A stretch of 64,000 nucleotides of DNA from Trichoplax adhaerens. Its lineage: Eukaryota; Animalia; Placozoa. The position numbers were made by a program, and so were the translations under genes. The notes below the pieces were generated by a model. It saw nothing but the letters and a program-made list of their open reading frames with translations. It was not told the origin of the DNA and searched no databases. The stretch covers positions 7,546,829-7,610,828 of the forward strand of contig NW_002060946.1 in NCBI RefSeq assembly GCF_000150275.1. Direction: 5' to 3'. This document shows positions 26,016 through 45,894 of the stretch, piece by piece (within the stretch, counting starts at the first letter, position 1; each line of letters starts with the position of its first letter).

Positions 26016-28557
26016 CTAAGGAAGATTTTTAATTACGGACTGATGATTTTCCTTATTTTGATCCACTTGTAATTCAACACTTTCATACCGGACAGTTTGC
26101 AATCTGTACATTCCGTCATCGCATTGGCTATAACTACAAGGTATAAGACGCAGTTAGGCATGGCCATAAGAGCCGTTGTGGCTATCGATAAAATGATAGA
26201 AAACAAAACAAAAGTTCAATTGTTTAATGCTAACATTATACTGACATTAATCTGCTTAAGCTACCAGGCCATTCAAAGTGATGTTTCTTTTTTAAGTGAC
26301 TTGTAAGTGAATATCCTCGAGTGTAACGACAACCGCAAATATGGCAAGCGTATCGAGCAGAAGCCATTTCAGCCTATATCAATACAAATTGGTAACTTGG
26401 AAATAGTTGCAGAAACGTGTTAAGTATAAAAGGATAGCGCATTTGAGCGCAAATGTAGACATACCTCGTGCTCTTTCGCATAGTGAGCTTTAATACTTTG
26501 CAAGAATTTACTTGTATAATCACAGCCTTCTTTAGGACAAAGTAAGACTTGATCATCGTGAATTTTAATGTGTCTATTTAAGTCGTGCTCGGATTTGAAC
26601 CTGCGGCAATAAAACAAGCCAATACAATCAATTTTATTTCCATGCTTACTGTTAATTACAAAATAATTCGTTATTATTCCAAAAGTAAATCTTACTTTAT
26701 ATGACACAAAGCACACTGGTAAGGTCTTTGCTCGGTATGTCGGTATAAGATATGTCTTTTAAGACCTGATGGTGATGGAAACGTCATATCGCACATAGTG
26801 CATTTACTGTTGTTCACTAAACGATGAAATGGGCGTCAATGTCTGCTATTTTATATTACATGGTACGATTGATGAAAGTAATTCTATGATTGCAACAGCC
26901 ACATTGTTATAGTCGCAATATTATATTATATAACATCATAAGGGTTCAAAATTTTTACATTATCACATTACATGGATAATTTATAGACGAGTAAGCTTTA
27001 GAACTTTTATTAGTGCAGCATAATAAACGGAATGCAAGTAAATTAAAGTAAAAGTATGCAAAAATTTTACCATGTCCTCTTTCATGATTCCTTAATAGTC
27101 GTTTGGTTGCAAATTGTTTGTTGCAGCAGAGGCACCTTAAATTAGCATCTTTAGAAAGATAATCGTCATATTACGTGAGTCAGGTATCATGGATGGTATT
27201 CAAAGTACAGTATAGTACAGTACATAAAATTGATGCATCTTACTTTTGTAATAGATTAATTTCATATCTTACCTTCTGATTGCCTATTCAGATGATCTAT
27301 AAATTTAGTATTGCTAGCAAATAATCCTCCGCAAGTGTTGCATGCAATCACTTTTTGGCCAGTATGTACTCTGCAATGTTCTTTAATTCGATACCTGCTT
27401 TTAAATTTTGCAGAACATCCTAACGGTAATATCATAGTAACAAAATTAGTCACTAATTTAACAAGATTACCTTTCAGTTGATCAAAATACTGCAAGTCTA
27501 TTAAGCTTAAGACTGAATGCAAAAGAAAGTAGACTAGTCGATTCATTTCTAATGCCCTCAAATTAGAACAACTTTATGTTTGCTGTACCTAACCATCGAC
27601 AGACAAAACTATCTCCATCAGCACTATCGTTATCACCATGAGCATCCATATGACGATAGAACTGATCAGGCGAATGAAATTGCATACGACAATCTTCCCA
27701 GCAGCATACTAATTCCTCGTCTGCATCGATTAGATTTCGGCTATAAAGTAGCATATTTCAAAGCATTAGTCAACTTGCAGCTGATATACAGCCTTTTCAA
27801 AATATTTATAAAATGACAATAAGTAAAAGGAATGACATTAATATCGTCTTGGCACCAGTTGATAACAGGCTATCTTACAGTTTATTAACATAACCTACAT
27901 ATGCGAGATTAGCTAGTCGTTGTATCTGGGTTACATCTCATTCTTAATGCAATTTATTATTGTAATCGATACTAGATTATTACTAAATACTAATCGAGAG
28001 CGCAAACGAGTGCAAGTAGATGGGATGTATTGACAGTGTCTCATCGTCGAATGAAATATTATTGTAGTGTTAGGGAATTTAAAGGATAGGCCGTAAAGTG
28101 AAATGAGGTTGATATTGGTCCTCTTTTGTAAGCCAATTTATTACAACTTTAACTAGTAGAAGTGAATGATGAATAGAAGTGTGTCCAATGACGGCATTCA
28201 TTTTTACCTTTCGTCGCTTAAAGTACAAGGCGGTAATTGTTTCGTTGAACGCATCGCAGCACCTAAGGCTTTCAAGTAAGCATGATAAGCATGAAACATA
28301 ACATGCTTGGCCAATTCTCTTCCATTCATAAATACATCTAAAGTACAATCTCGCCAAAGACATTGAAACTCTCGTGGATTCTCGTTGAAATGGCCGTTGG
28401 AAATTTCCACCAGGTCCTCAATATGCTGATAGACATGACGTAGAAAGGAGCTTTTATCCTCTTTTACTGTGTAAGTGCAATCACACCATTCACATATTAG
28501 TAATGGCTTCTTTTGGTCGTTGTGATTGATCGTTGGATCTTGGCTAGTAAAAGCCAT
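26016..28557 (-). CDS. HINFP: Histone H4 transcription factor HiNF-P/MIZF (C2H2 zinc fingers), ~8 exons
   Basis: LICEWCDC, FQCLWRDC..HVMFHAYHAYLKALG, HTGQKVIACNTCGGLFASNTKFIDHLNRQ, HLKKKHHFEWP and DGMYRLQTVRYESVEL all match HINFP hallmarks. The exact 3' end is slightly uncertain. Confidence 0.93.
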
Positions 28558-29488
28558 AGTTTCTAATCATCTCTATGTTTCATCGATGAAGAATTTGTTA
28601 ATCTTGTGGATGGTTTTAAGCTTTCATTGAGCCAAGTTGAATAATCAGTAAGAAATATTTTTAATTAATAATGAATAATAATAATAATATTCCCTCGCTT
28701 CAATCAATTAAAGGCATCGACTGCTATTGCGCAGGTGCAGTTTTTCCTTCGTGCTGGGCGTTGTAAGTGCAACGGTAGTGCAGTGTATCGTGCATCGAGA
28801 GTAGTATTATACTGCAGTATAGAGATTTTGAGGTATTGCTAGGTCGACGAATTTGGAGCAGAACGATTTGACTTTAAACGCAATTTGTGAAAGATAGAGA
28901 CATCGTACGTCCATTATAATGGCAGTTTCGTGTAAATGGACTCATCTACTATCGTTTGATTGGTAATGTGTTCAAATTTCTGTGCATTTTTTTATTATTT
29001 TGCTTTCGTTTCTATCAGGAACAATTTCTCGGACACTTTGTGCTTACGAACTTGCTACAGTACCAAGTCATACCATAGAATTTGGCGCCAAATCGATGAT
29101 GACTGCAACATTTTTATTTTTTTCCTATACTACTGGAGTACAGGGTAAAATCTGAACATGATTGACTATGGTGCTGAACTACCGCAGTTATTATGGTAAA
29201 AGTAATACCGCCCCGATGATGCCATTCAAAATGAATGGCACATCAGGCCGTAACTTTGTCTGCTTGCTGGATTTTAGTTGACAAGTGATTGGGCTTCACT
29301 TTGCTCTATCAACGATCATTCTGTGTACCGTCCCGTACTACACTATACAGTGTAAGGCATGGTTTTGGTAGCAAGACCGAATCCGACGACAAGTCTTGAT
29401 GATCTGGTCTGGTCCGGACCCTAATCAAAGTGATGGTTGATTGATTTTACCAGGGTTTGAAAGAGTACAGTACTAAGTACTGTACTCA

Positions 29489-30560
29489 GAAAGCGCACAG
29501 GAAATCAGAAGGTACTGTAGACTGTAGACTGTACTGTACAGTGTACACTATTGGTCCATCTGGCTCATGACAGAGTACGTCTGTCCGCCTGTACCATAGC
29601 TAACCGAATCGAGAGGTCTTGATGATGTCAAAAGAAAGCGCACAGGAAATCAGACGGTACTGTAGACTGTAGACTGTAGACTGTACAGTATAGTACTGTA
29701 CTGTACAGTGTACTGTACAGTACTATATTGGTCCATCTGGCTCATGACAGAGTACGTCTGTCCAGCCATACCATAGTTAACCGAATCGAGTGGTCTTGAT
29801 GATGTCAAAAGAAAATGCACAGGAAATCAGACGGTACTGTACTGTAGACTGTAGACTGTACACTGTACACTATTGGTCCATCTGGCTCATGACAGAGTAC
29901 GTCTGTCCGCCTGTACCATAGCTAACCGAATCGAGAGGTCTTGATGATGTCAAAAGAAAAGCGCACAGGAAATCAGACGGTACTGTAGACTGTAGACTGT
30001 AGACTGTACAGTACTGTACAGTATTGGTCCATCTGGCTCATGACAGAGTACGTCTGTCCGCCTGTACCATAGTTAACCCAGAATGACAAAGCACAACCGC
30101 GACAATAGCCTGATGTCCTATTACTGTACAGTACAGTGTACAGTATGTACAGTCTACAGTCTACAGTACAGGACACTGAGTAGTGAGTGTGTGCAGTACT
30201 GTACTGTACGGTACAGTACAGTACAGTGCACATGAAATCAGAGGGTAACTGTACAGTACAGTACAGTATTCGTATATCTGCCTCAGGAGCGAGTATGTCT
30301 GTCCGCCTGTACCATGATGTACAGTACCATAATGACAAACACGACCGTGACAATACAGTACTGTACATACAGTACTGTAGGAGTGTATGTACTGTAGGTT
30401 GATGTCTTATTACAGTATTACACTGAGTATAGGGTACTGTACATTGTACTGTACAAGTGTACATTTATTAAATGTTAAATGTAATGTACAACGTCTGTCC
30501 GCCTGTAGCATGATCAAGCATAATGACAAGCACGACCGCGACAATGGCTTGATGTCATAT
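29489..30560. repeat. Minisatellite: 4 conserved units (starts 29489, 29634, 29811, 29956; 145-177 bp) plus 2 diverged units, with hypervariable TA-punctuated spacers
   Basis: Constant blocks gaaagcgcacaggaaatcagacgg and ttggtccatctggctcatgacagagtacgtctgtccgcctgtaccatag...gatgatgtcaaaa. Confidence 0.95.
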
Positions 30561-30687
30561 ACAGTAGACTAGTATTTCAGTACTGTACATCGCATGTTAC
30601 AGATTGCAAAGCGTAAACTGGTGTAGAGAGACATGGACGACAATACTAGAAAAATGGGTATATCTTTCCTAGTCTATGGCCTAGTCC

Positions 30688-30830
30688 ACAGTACAGTACT
30701 TTTGACTCTACTGTACTACTGTACACTGTACTGTACAGTACAGTACTGTACAGTACTGTACTGTACATCAGATAAAAAAATACTTACTGTACTGTACAGT
30801 ACAGTACTGTACTGTAGAGACTGTAGACTC
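30688..30830. repeat. Mixed (TACAG)/(TACTG) array upstream of COPA
   Basis: tactgtacactgtactgtacagtacagtactgtacagtactgtactgtac and tactgtactgtacagtacagtactgtactgta. Confidence 0.9.
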
Positions 30831-31089
30831 TAGTGTAGAGTCCACAACTTGACTCGCGTGCCTGCCTGCAGATGTCCGTTGCGTCGTCACACGGTCTGCG
30901 ACGGCAAAAAAAGAAAAAGTGATGCGCAAGCGTAGTTACTCCTGCCACGAACTTGCTTGGTCGCTCTAGCAGCCATTTTGATTGCTTCCATTTGCATGTG
31001 TGGCACGTTGTTAGCACTTTTCAACGCTGTCCATTTTTATCCACTGCTGTGAATATTCTATTTCTCCACTCAAGATTAGTTAGTCATTG

Positions 31090-39293
<8,204 letters not shown>

Positions 39294-40510
39294 AAGGATA
39301 ACGTTGAGTAAATTTAATGATTAGATGCTATTATAATTAGCCATATATGGATTGGGTAGCAATATGCGTACAATGTCTTCTTTTTTAAATTGATGATGAA
39401 ACTTTAATGCCCGAAATGAAACTATATTATATAATGATTGCTATTGCGTTTGCAATAAAATTACTATGCAGTTGAAACAATCTGTGGAATTGTGATTTAT
39501 GAACTTGTATTTACGTTACGATAAAGTAATAATGGGCTTTAATTTTATTGTAAGTGCGTATGTCGAGTATCGATGTGACGTGATAAGTGGACTATAAATT
39601 TCAGGCTGATACATGTAGAGTCTATTTTCGTTATACGCCTAAGGATAACTGTTCAAAATTAATTATTTTTGCACGAAAATGAGCATGTTGAGTTATTGTT
39701 GAGATGGAATGACTAGCTATACAGTACAGGCAGATTCGTGAAGAAGATAAGTGCTTTGATACATGTAGCTGATGATACTAAAAGAACTTGATATTTCTGC
39801 GTAGTACTGTTTAACTGTACAATATCATCCTGTACAACAGCTTGCTGATGCGAGCTTATGAACAATTTAAACGTAAGAATTGATTCAACATTTACTGTAC
39901 CATGGATTTATTAGACTCTACTTGTTTAGCTATTGTATGTAACTGTGCTGGAATACGAGTATCAATGGATTGAAAATAATAAAATATGCGCTTGTCCACC
40001 TCAAGACGAATAACTAGAATACAGTATTATGATGAGGATATCCAAGCAGCAGCAGTTTGACAATTCATTGTAGACAGTATTGTCAATGATGAAAACTATT
40101 ACAACGGTAAGAGTGGTTTCTGCATCAAAGTCTCTTGAAATAGATGACCAAGTTTGTATACTGTCAATGCATATATGTACCCAATCGCGCACTAAACTAC
40201 GAGTCTTTTGGACTACAAGCGTCCGAGCGTCCACCCGACTGCAAGAAATGGTATGAATTCTTTGAGTGTACAGTGTACAGTGTACAGTACAACGCACTGT
40301 GCATCTGGCCGGGCTGACGGATATACGCGTTGTTATAGCAAATCGCAATCCGCAGTTGCCGACATCAAAACTAGTTCCAACATTGGAGATTGATGAGTCT
40401 GCAATTTCCATCATTTTCTCCTTTAGGTTACTGAACTTGATCCATTTTTACTACTGCTGCTATTAGCAAAGGAGAGCTAAGCATCAATTTATTCTACAAT
40501 AAAAGGCCTA

Positions 40511-42177
40511 ATGAATACCAACAGCATGTCAAAAACGCGGACAATCTCAGAAACCGTCCATGCTAACGCTGCAACTGTAAGTATACCACACTATCTAATA
40601 TGGAAAATGAAGAATTTACACTATTATTTTTAGTCATGAAATGAAATACTTGACCAAGAACACCCTGAAAATGAGTGATTTCAATTAGAAATACAAGTAA
40701 GATAGTTCTTGGGTATTGATTTCAATCCAAGAACTTAAAATAGTGTGATGGAAAGAAGTAGATGCGGACATTCATGACATTTTGCTTGACGAATATAGCA
40801 TAGTAGATGAGCTTCAGTTTTTATGTACAGTGCTTGTGAAATATTATCATTATTGACTTTCCGTAGATTTCCAAGCCAGTTTATTATCAGTAAGATGCGA
40901 TGCTATGATTACTATCTATTCATTTTGGTTTACATACTGAATGTGTGCATTGCTCATCACTTTATCAATTGCTGTCGTTCAAAAATCGTAAGCCGTATGT
41001 AGATTTGGCCTTTCTTATTTCAGTTATTATGGCTGTTCGTATGACAAAATCGGTTCGATTCCTTGATGTGGGTATGATTAGGGCTGTAGTTTGTTGTGAC
41101 TAGTCAGGAATCATAATGAGGGTTGTAACTATTAAGATACAATTATTTTGGACTGTCGAAGGACATAAAATTCTAGTTTGTAATGTACATTCTTTATAAC
41201 TTTTACTTTTGATCATGGAAGCAGTAGAGTTGTTGGGTCTGACACTTTAGCGCGCTAATTTCTCTTGATTGTGTCCTCTCTTCATGCATGGTTATAGCGG
41301 TCCTAAGATTTGCCTGTTTGCCACTTTGTACGAATCATGTTAAGAAATGATTAGCTTCTACGATAGGATAGTTAGAGAACCTTTTCTATACGAATATTTC
41401 AATACTGTCATCCTGCAGGCTATTGGATAGCCAGTAATATATAATATCTACTATACTTTTCTAAAATGATCATGATGCTGTAGATAAAATGAGGCCTACT
41501 GTACTGTACTGTAGTTCAATAAATAGATATCAAAACATAAAGAGAGAGGATGTAAAAATCTATCCATTCGATCAATTGTAATTATCAAATATGGCTGTAG
41601 TGCTGTATTTGCTGACATTTTCATGTAGCATCGTAAGAAATAGTTATTCTTGTAGATGGTTAAAATGCCTAACCTACTTTCCCTTGATTGAACTTCATCG
41701 AAGCAAACTAGTTAAAAAAGTAGCAAGGGACTGATAGCATAATGGCTTGAGATACTGTAGCTGATAATGACTATTCGAAGGTTGATAATTTGCTAGACTG
41801 TAATAGGAAGCTCTTATTGAAGTTATGATGCGGATCACAGTCATGATGTAAATTCTTTTTTCTTCTTTTCCATTTTCCATTGGCTGATAATATGAAACCT
41901 CTTGGTCTATTAGACGCAAACGTTGAAATTAACCAAGCCGAAAAATAAAAAACGTGTCCAGTGGGACGCTAACACGGTCGATAATGAATTCCTGAATCGT
42001 AAATCATCGAAATGTTGCTGCATATACTCCAAACATGTTAAACTTGAAGATCGTGATGCTTCTAGTAGTGACGATGACGATGTTAATGGTGGCGATCAAA
42101 AGTGCGAGAAAAAGAAAGGTTGCCGCTACTGTAACATTCGTGATAAATTACAGCAGCAACAACAACCACGACAATAG
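40511..42177 (+). CDS. PPP1R11: Protein phosphatase 1 inhibitor-3 (Ypi1/PPP1R11); exons 40511-40576 and 41914-42177, ~109 aa
   Basis: KKRVQW PP1-docking motif, VDNEFLNRKSSKCCCIY, acidic SSSDDDD. Exon 1 is inferred from an ATG and a phase-0 GTAAGT donor. Confidence 0.9.
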
Positions 42178-45100
42178 CGATAGACTTCTTCGGTCAAGAT
42201 TACAATCTACGTTTTACCTATAAACTAGCTATTATTAAGTCGATATTCAGAAAACCTTCCTGGAAATAAACTATTTATTCATCATTATAAATTTTAAAAC
42301 TTGGACATATTGGTACTGATCATTGTAGCCGAAAAGAAATTAACTGCTTAGCTTATATGGCGACGTGAATTCTCACACCTTTTCTTTGAACCAATAGTGG
42401 AAAGATCCCGTTTTAGTGTATCATTTTTTTACCTCAAGTAGCCATTTCTGTATACTTTACTGATGATTTTTTGGACAACTTTCACGACTGCAACTACTTG
42501 ATTCGTGACTGAATCATGGCAAGAATTCCGATATCACTTAATAGTAATTTGGTGTAACCTAGAAAACCAAATGTATAAAGATTTGTAGTCGATTGCAATA
42601 AGGAAAAGCCTAATGCTCTAATATAATAGTGCGTTTTGCTGCTTTTTAGTAATGTAAAGCAATAGCACCAGGTTAGGCATCACCTTAACAATATCAAGAT
42701 TATATTAATATGTAGTATTTCATCTCTATCTCAGTTCTACATTTCATAACTAGATCATTCATTGGGCTAATACTGTAAAATTTACTGGAATCAAGAGTAA
42801 AAATGAACGTCTTATTTTGTCATTTGGGGTAGAAATATGCTATTTTAACTGTATGAAAAAGAATTCTACGTATTTCCTGGTGTATCTCAGGATCTGAATA
42901 AATTAAAATGATATAACTGACATTGTACTGTTCATCCTTTCTAATTTATCGCTGTCATTGAAATTTCTGTCTCCCTGCCTTGCTTTCATCAACAAGGATC
43001 TATACAATTTTTAATGAACGATCAAATTAATCTTTACTAATTCAATTGCATGCTATTCATTGATGATTAGTACATTGCATATCTTGAGTTAAAGTACGAT
43101 AAAAACTCTCTTGCAACGATTGGGAAAAATACAACATACGGTAATGCTTCGATATTACAGTAATGGTACCGTCGAATCTCTCACTACCTATGAAATTGAT
43201 ACTATTTAATGGACATGATCGAATCAACCATTGCTAACTAACTAGCTTGCTATCTGCAATTCATTATTGCACTGTATGACTTTGGATTGGGAGTAAGATT
43301 AAGTTCTATTTGCAACGGTATAGAGAATAGAACCAAAGTATTTTGTTATACAGTACTGTCTATTCTCTAAGGTGCCAATTTTATACAACATAAATGGATG
43401 TGATTAAATTAGTCATAGATAATCAAATTTGCTTGCTGTCTATAAATAATTATTGCACTGAAAGACTTCTAATGATAGAGAAACAGTAACGGAAAACTTT
43501 GTGCGATTGTGATATAATGTCTTCTCAAAAATATGACAAGAACTACAGTTTCTAGTATACTTCACTTTATTACATAAGACTAGGTTCGTCTTACAACTAC
43601 CAAGGACCATCAAACTGCAATCAGACTATATAATCTTAGTCTTAAGCTTATTTAGCGCTGTACCATAGCTATTATCAAATCTCTTATTAGTTACTAAATC
43701 GTTAGAAATAGGAGTAATTCATTATTTCCAGTGTAAGATCATGATTTTTGATGGAGGATCAAAATGCGAAAATGAGATTGATATTCAACAGTCTTAATTA
43801 ATATTAGTAAGATAAATAATAGCAGGATTGAGATTAATATGGTCTTAGGATTATTGTGTAGTTTAAGATATACTGCATTTATGTTCAGTATTTACAAATA
43901 AATACTGTACAATAAATCAAATACCCCAACCATTTTAACTGATCGATAAATGCCTATAGTAATAATATATCTTGATAACGTATATTATTTAATAATCATC
44001 ACCAGGAAGAAATTTTACGTTATAAAAGAGCTTTATTAGTTTCCTTGAAAATAAATAAAGACGCTTTTATTGCCAACGTAATAATAAATGACTGCATCAT
44101 TAATAATTAATGTGTTTGTATGTTGATACAATATACCGCAGATTTATGATAATATAACTGACTGTAACTATTCAGTATAACTTGAAAACCTACCAAGACT
44201 TCTGTCAATTATCATCTCCGTTAATGATTATAACTAATACTAATACGTTAAAGTGCTACAAAGTATATGCTTGTCTTGTATTTAAAGACGACTAGCTGAT
44301 ACTTTCTTACAGTCAATAACTTTATGATGATGTGCTCGCAACAGCATAAATTGATATCGCACAAAATTATGGCGTGTATTGATTTCTATCTGTCAATTTC
44401 ACTATGGTAATAGAATTGGAACTAAAATTTTCATATGATATGCTTAAGCATTCAAGTATTCTGCAAGAAAATCCTATTAGAAAAAAATTAGGCAGAAATT
44501 TAATTCTTGCTAACTTATTCAATAAAACTTGAAATTAAGAATGTTTATCTTGTAAAACCACAACTTATCTAATTATGCAAGTAGTCACAAGTTACAAGAT
44601 CAATTTTGATTCGACCAAAATGTATTTCATTTATTTATTTATTTATTCAAAACCATTAATATGAAGACTAACACATACAAATTACATATTCTTTCACCAA
44701 ACCAAGTGCTTAATAACATATCTGTCTTTGATAATTAATATTATTATTGGTGTTCGATAACCAAGTAACACTTATAGAAGTCAACAATAAAACTATGCCT
44801 GCTCCGGTGTAACATAGACGGGTCCATTTAACTAGATGCGATAATTACAATCGTGATGGTTATGTGGTTAGTAGTACAGTACAAATGATGAGGAAAATAA
44901 ATGCAAAAAAATTCTATAAAAATGACATAAATTGTTGGTCTGATTTCATCATAAACCAAAAGGCAATGTATAATACTATCAGATATCGGATAGACGACGA
45001 TATCTGGTTGTTCTGCCAAATAAGATTGAGTCTAGTATATAATGTGAAAAAGGTAATTTACAGCTAATTAAATTAATAAGTGAATGAGTGATTAAGGCAG

Positions 45101-45737
45101 GTGCATTTTAGATAAATTGGTGATACCGATAGTGATTAAAGCTAACTGAGCTATTTTCATCATTTAAATAAATTGCCAGAATATTAAGAATGGATTAAAT
45201 CTTATTATTTGCTGTACGCCCATAAATCTAATCATTATACATATGTGAACGTCTGCAAAATTTGTATTAAAAATGGTAGTGCGTAAATGCAGGTGAATAG
45301 GATAGTTTACAAGACATTTTTCAAAAAATGCAATTCATTAATCAATTGTAGCAATCAAACCAAATTCATGATGTGCATAATGTGGCGTAAAGCATATTCA
45401 GTACTTTAAAAATTATAGAAATTATCACATTACAATCTAATCGCTATGGCTAGTTTATGTAATATGATGCGAACAAAATGTCTGTCTATTCTACAGATTT
45501 ATCAGAAAAAGTTATGAATAGAATGCAGACCTACATAAAGTTTCACTAAAACTTACTATACATTAGGTCAAGAAATATAAACCAGTTTATAGTAACACGT
45601 GCATAGTGATTTTACTACAGTCTTGCACTAATATCAAGTCATTTATAGTGCAATCTATCTCTGCTGTTAATTTCATTTGAACTAGAATAAGAATCTAATG
45701 TGTAAGATTCGATTTGAAAATATTTGTTTGATCTAAA

Positions 45738-45776
45738 TACGCACGCACACAAACACTTACACACACACACACACAT
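45738..45776. repeat. Imperfect (CA)n microsatellite downstream of CBL
   Basis: acgcacgcacacaaacacttacacacacacacacaca. Confidence 0.8.
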
Positions 45777-45894
45777 AGTAGCTGTTACCTTAAAATTTAT
45801 CTAAGCTAGAATAATAAATTAGCATTAGCGAAATTACAGTGTAAAACTTTGATCAATCTAAAAGTATTCCTTTTGCTGCTTAATTAACATGTTA

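Noticed and set aside
29096-29155. C/D-box snoRNA candidate (ATGATGA...CTGA); similar box pairs at 32390-32468, 42461-42512 and 44885-44943
   Set aside because: Short or weak terminal stems and at most ~9 nt of recognisable rRNA complementarity; such boxes are common in AT-rich DNA. A snoscan/Infernal hit would be needed.
29489-30080. CRISPR array (repeat-spacer look)
   Set aside because: Eukaryotic context, repeats >100 bp, low-complexity related spacers, no cas genes.
29973-30833. Cys/Thr/Val/Tyr-rich ORFs
   Set aside because: Translations of the TACAG/TACTG arrays.
40001-40414. 137-aa minus-strand ORF
   Set aside because: No homology recognised; overlaps the PPP1R11 promoter and footprint multimers.
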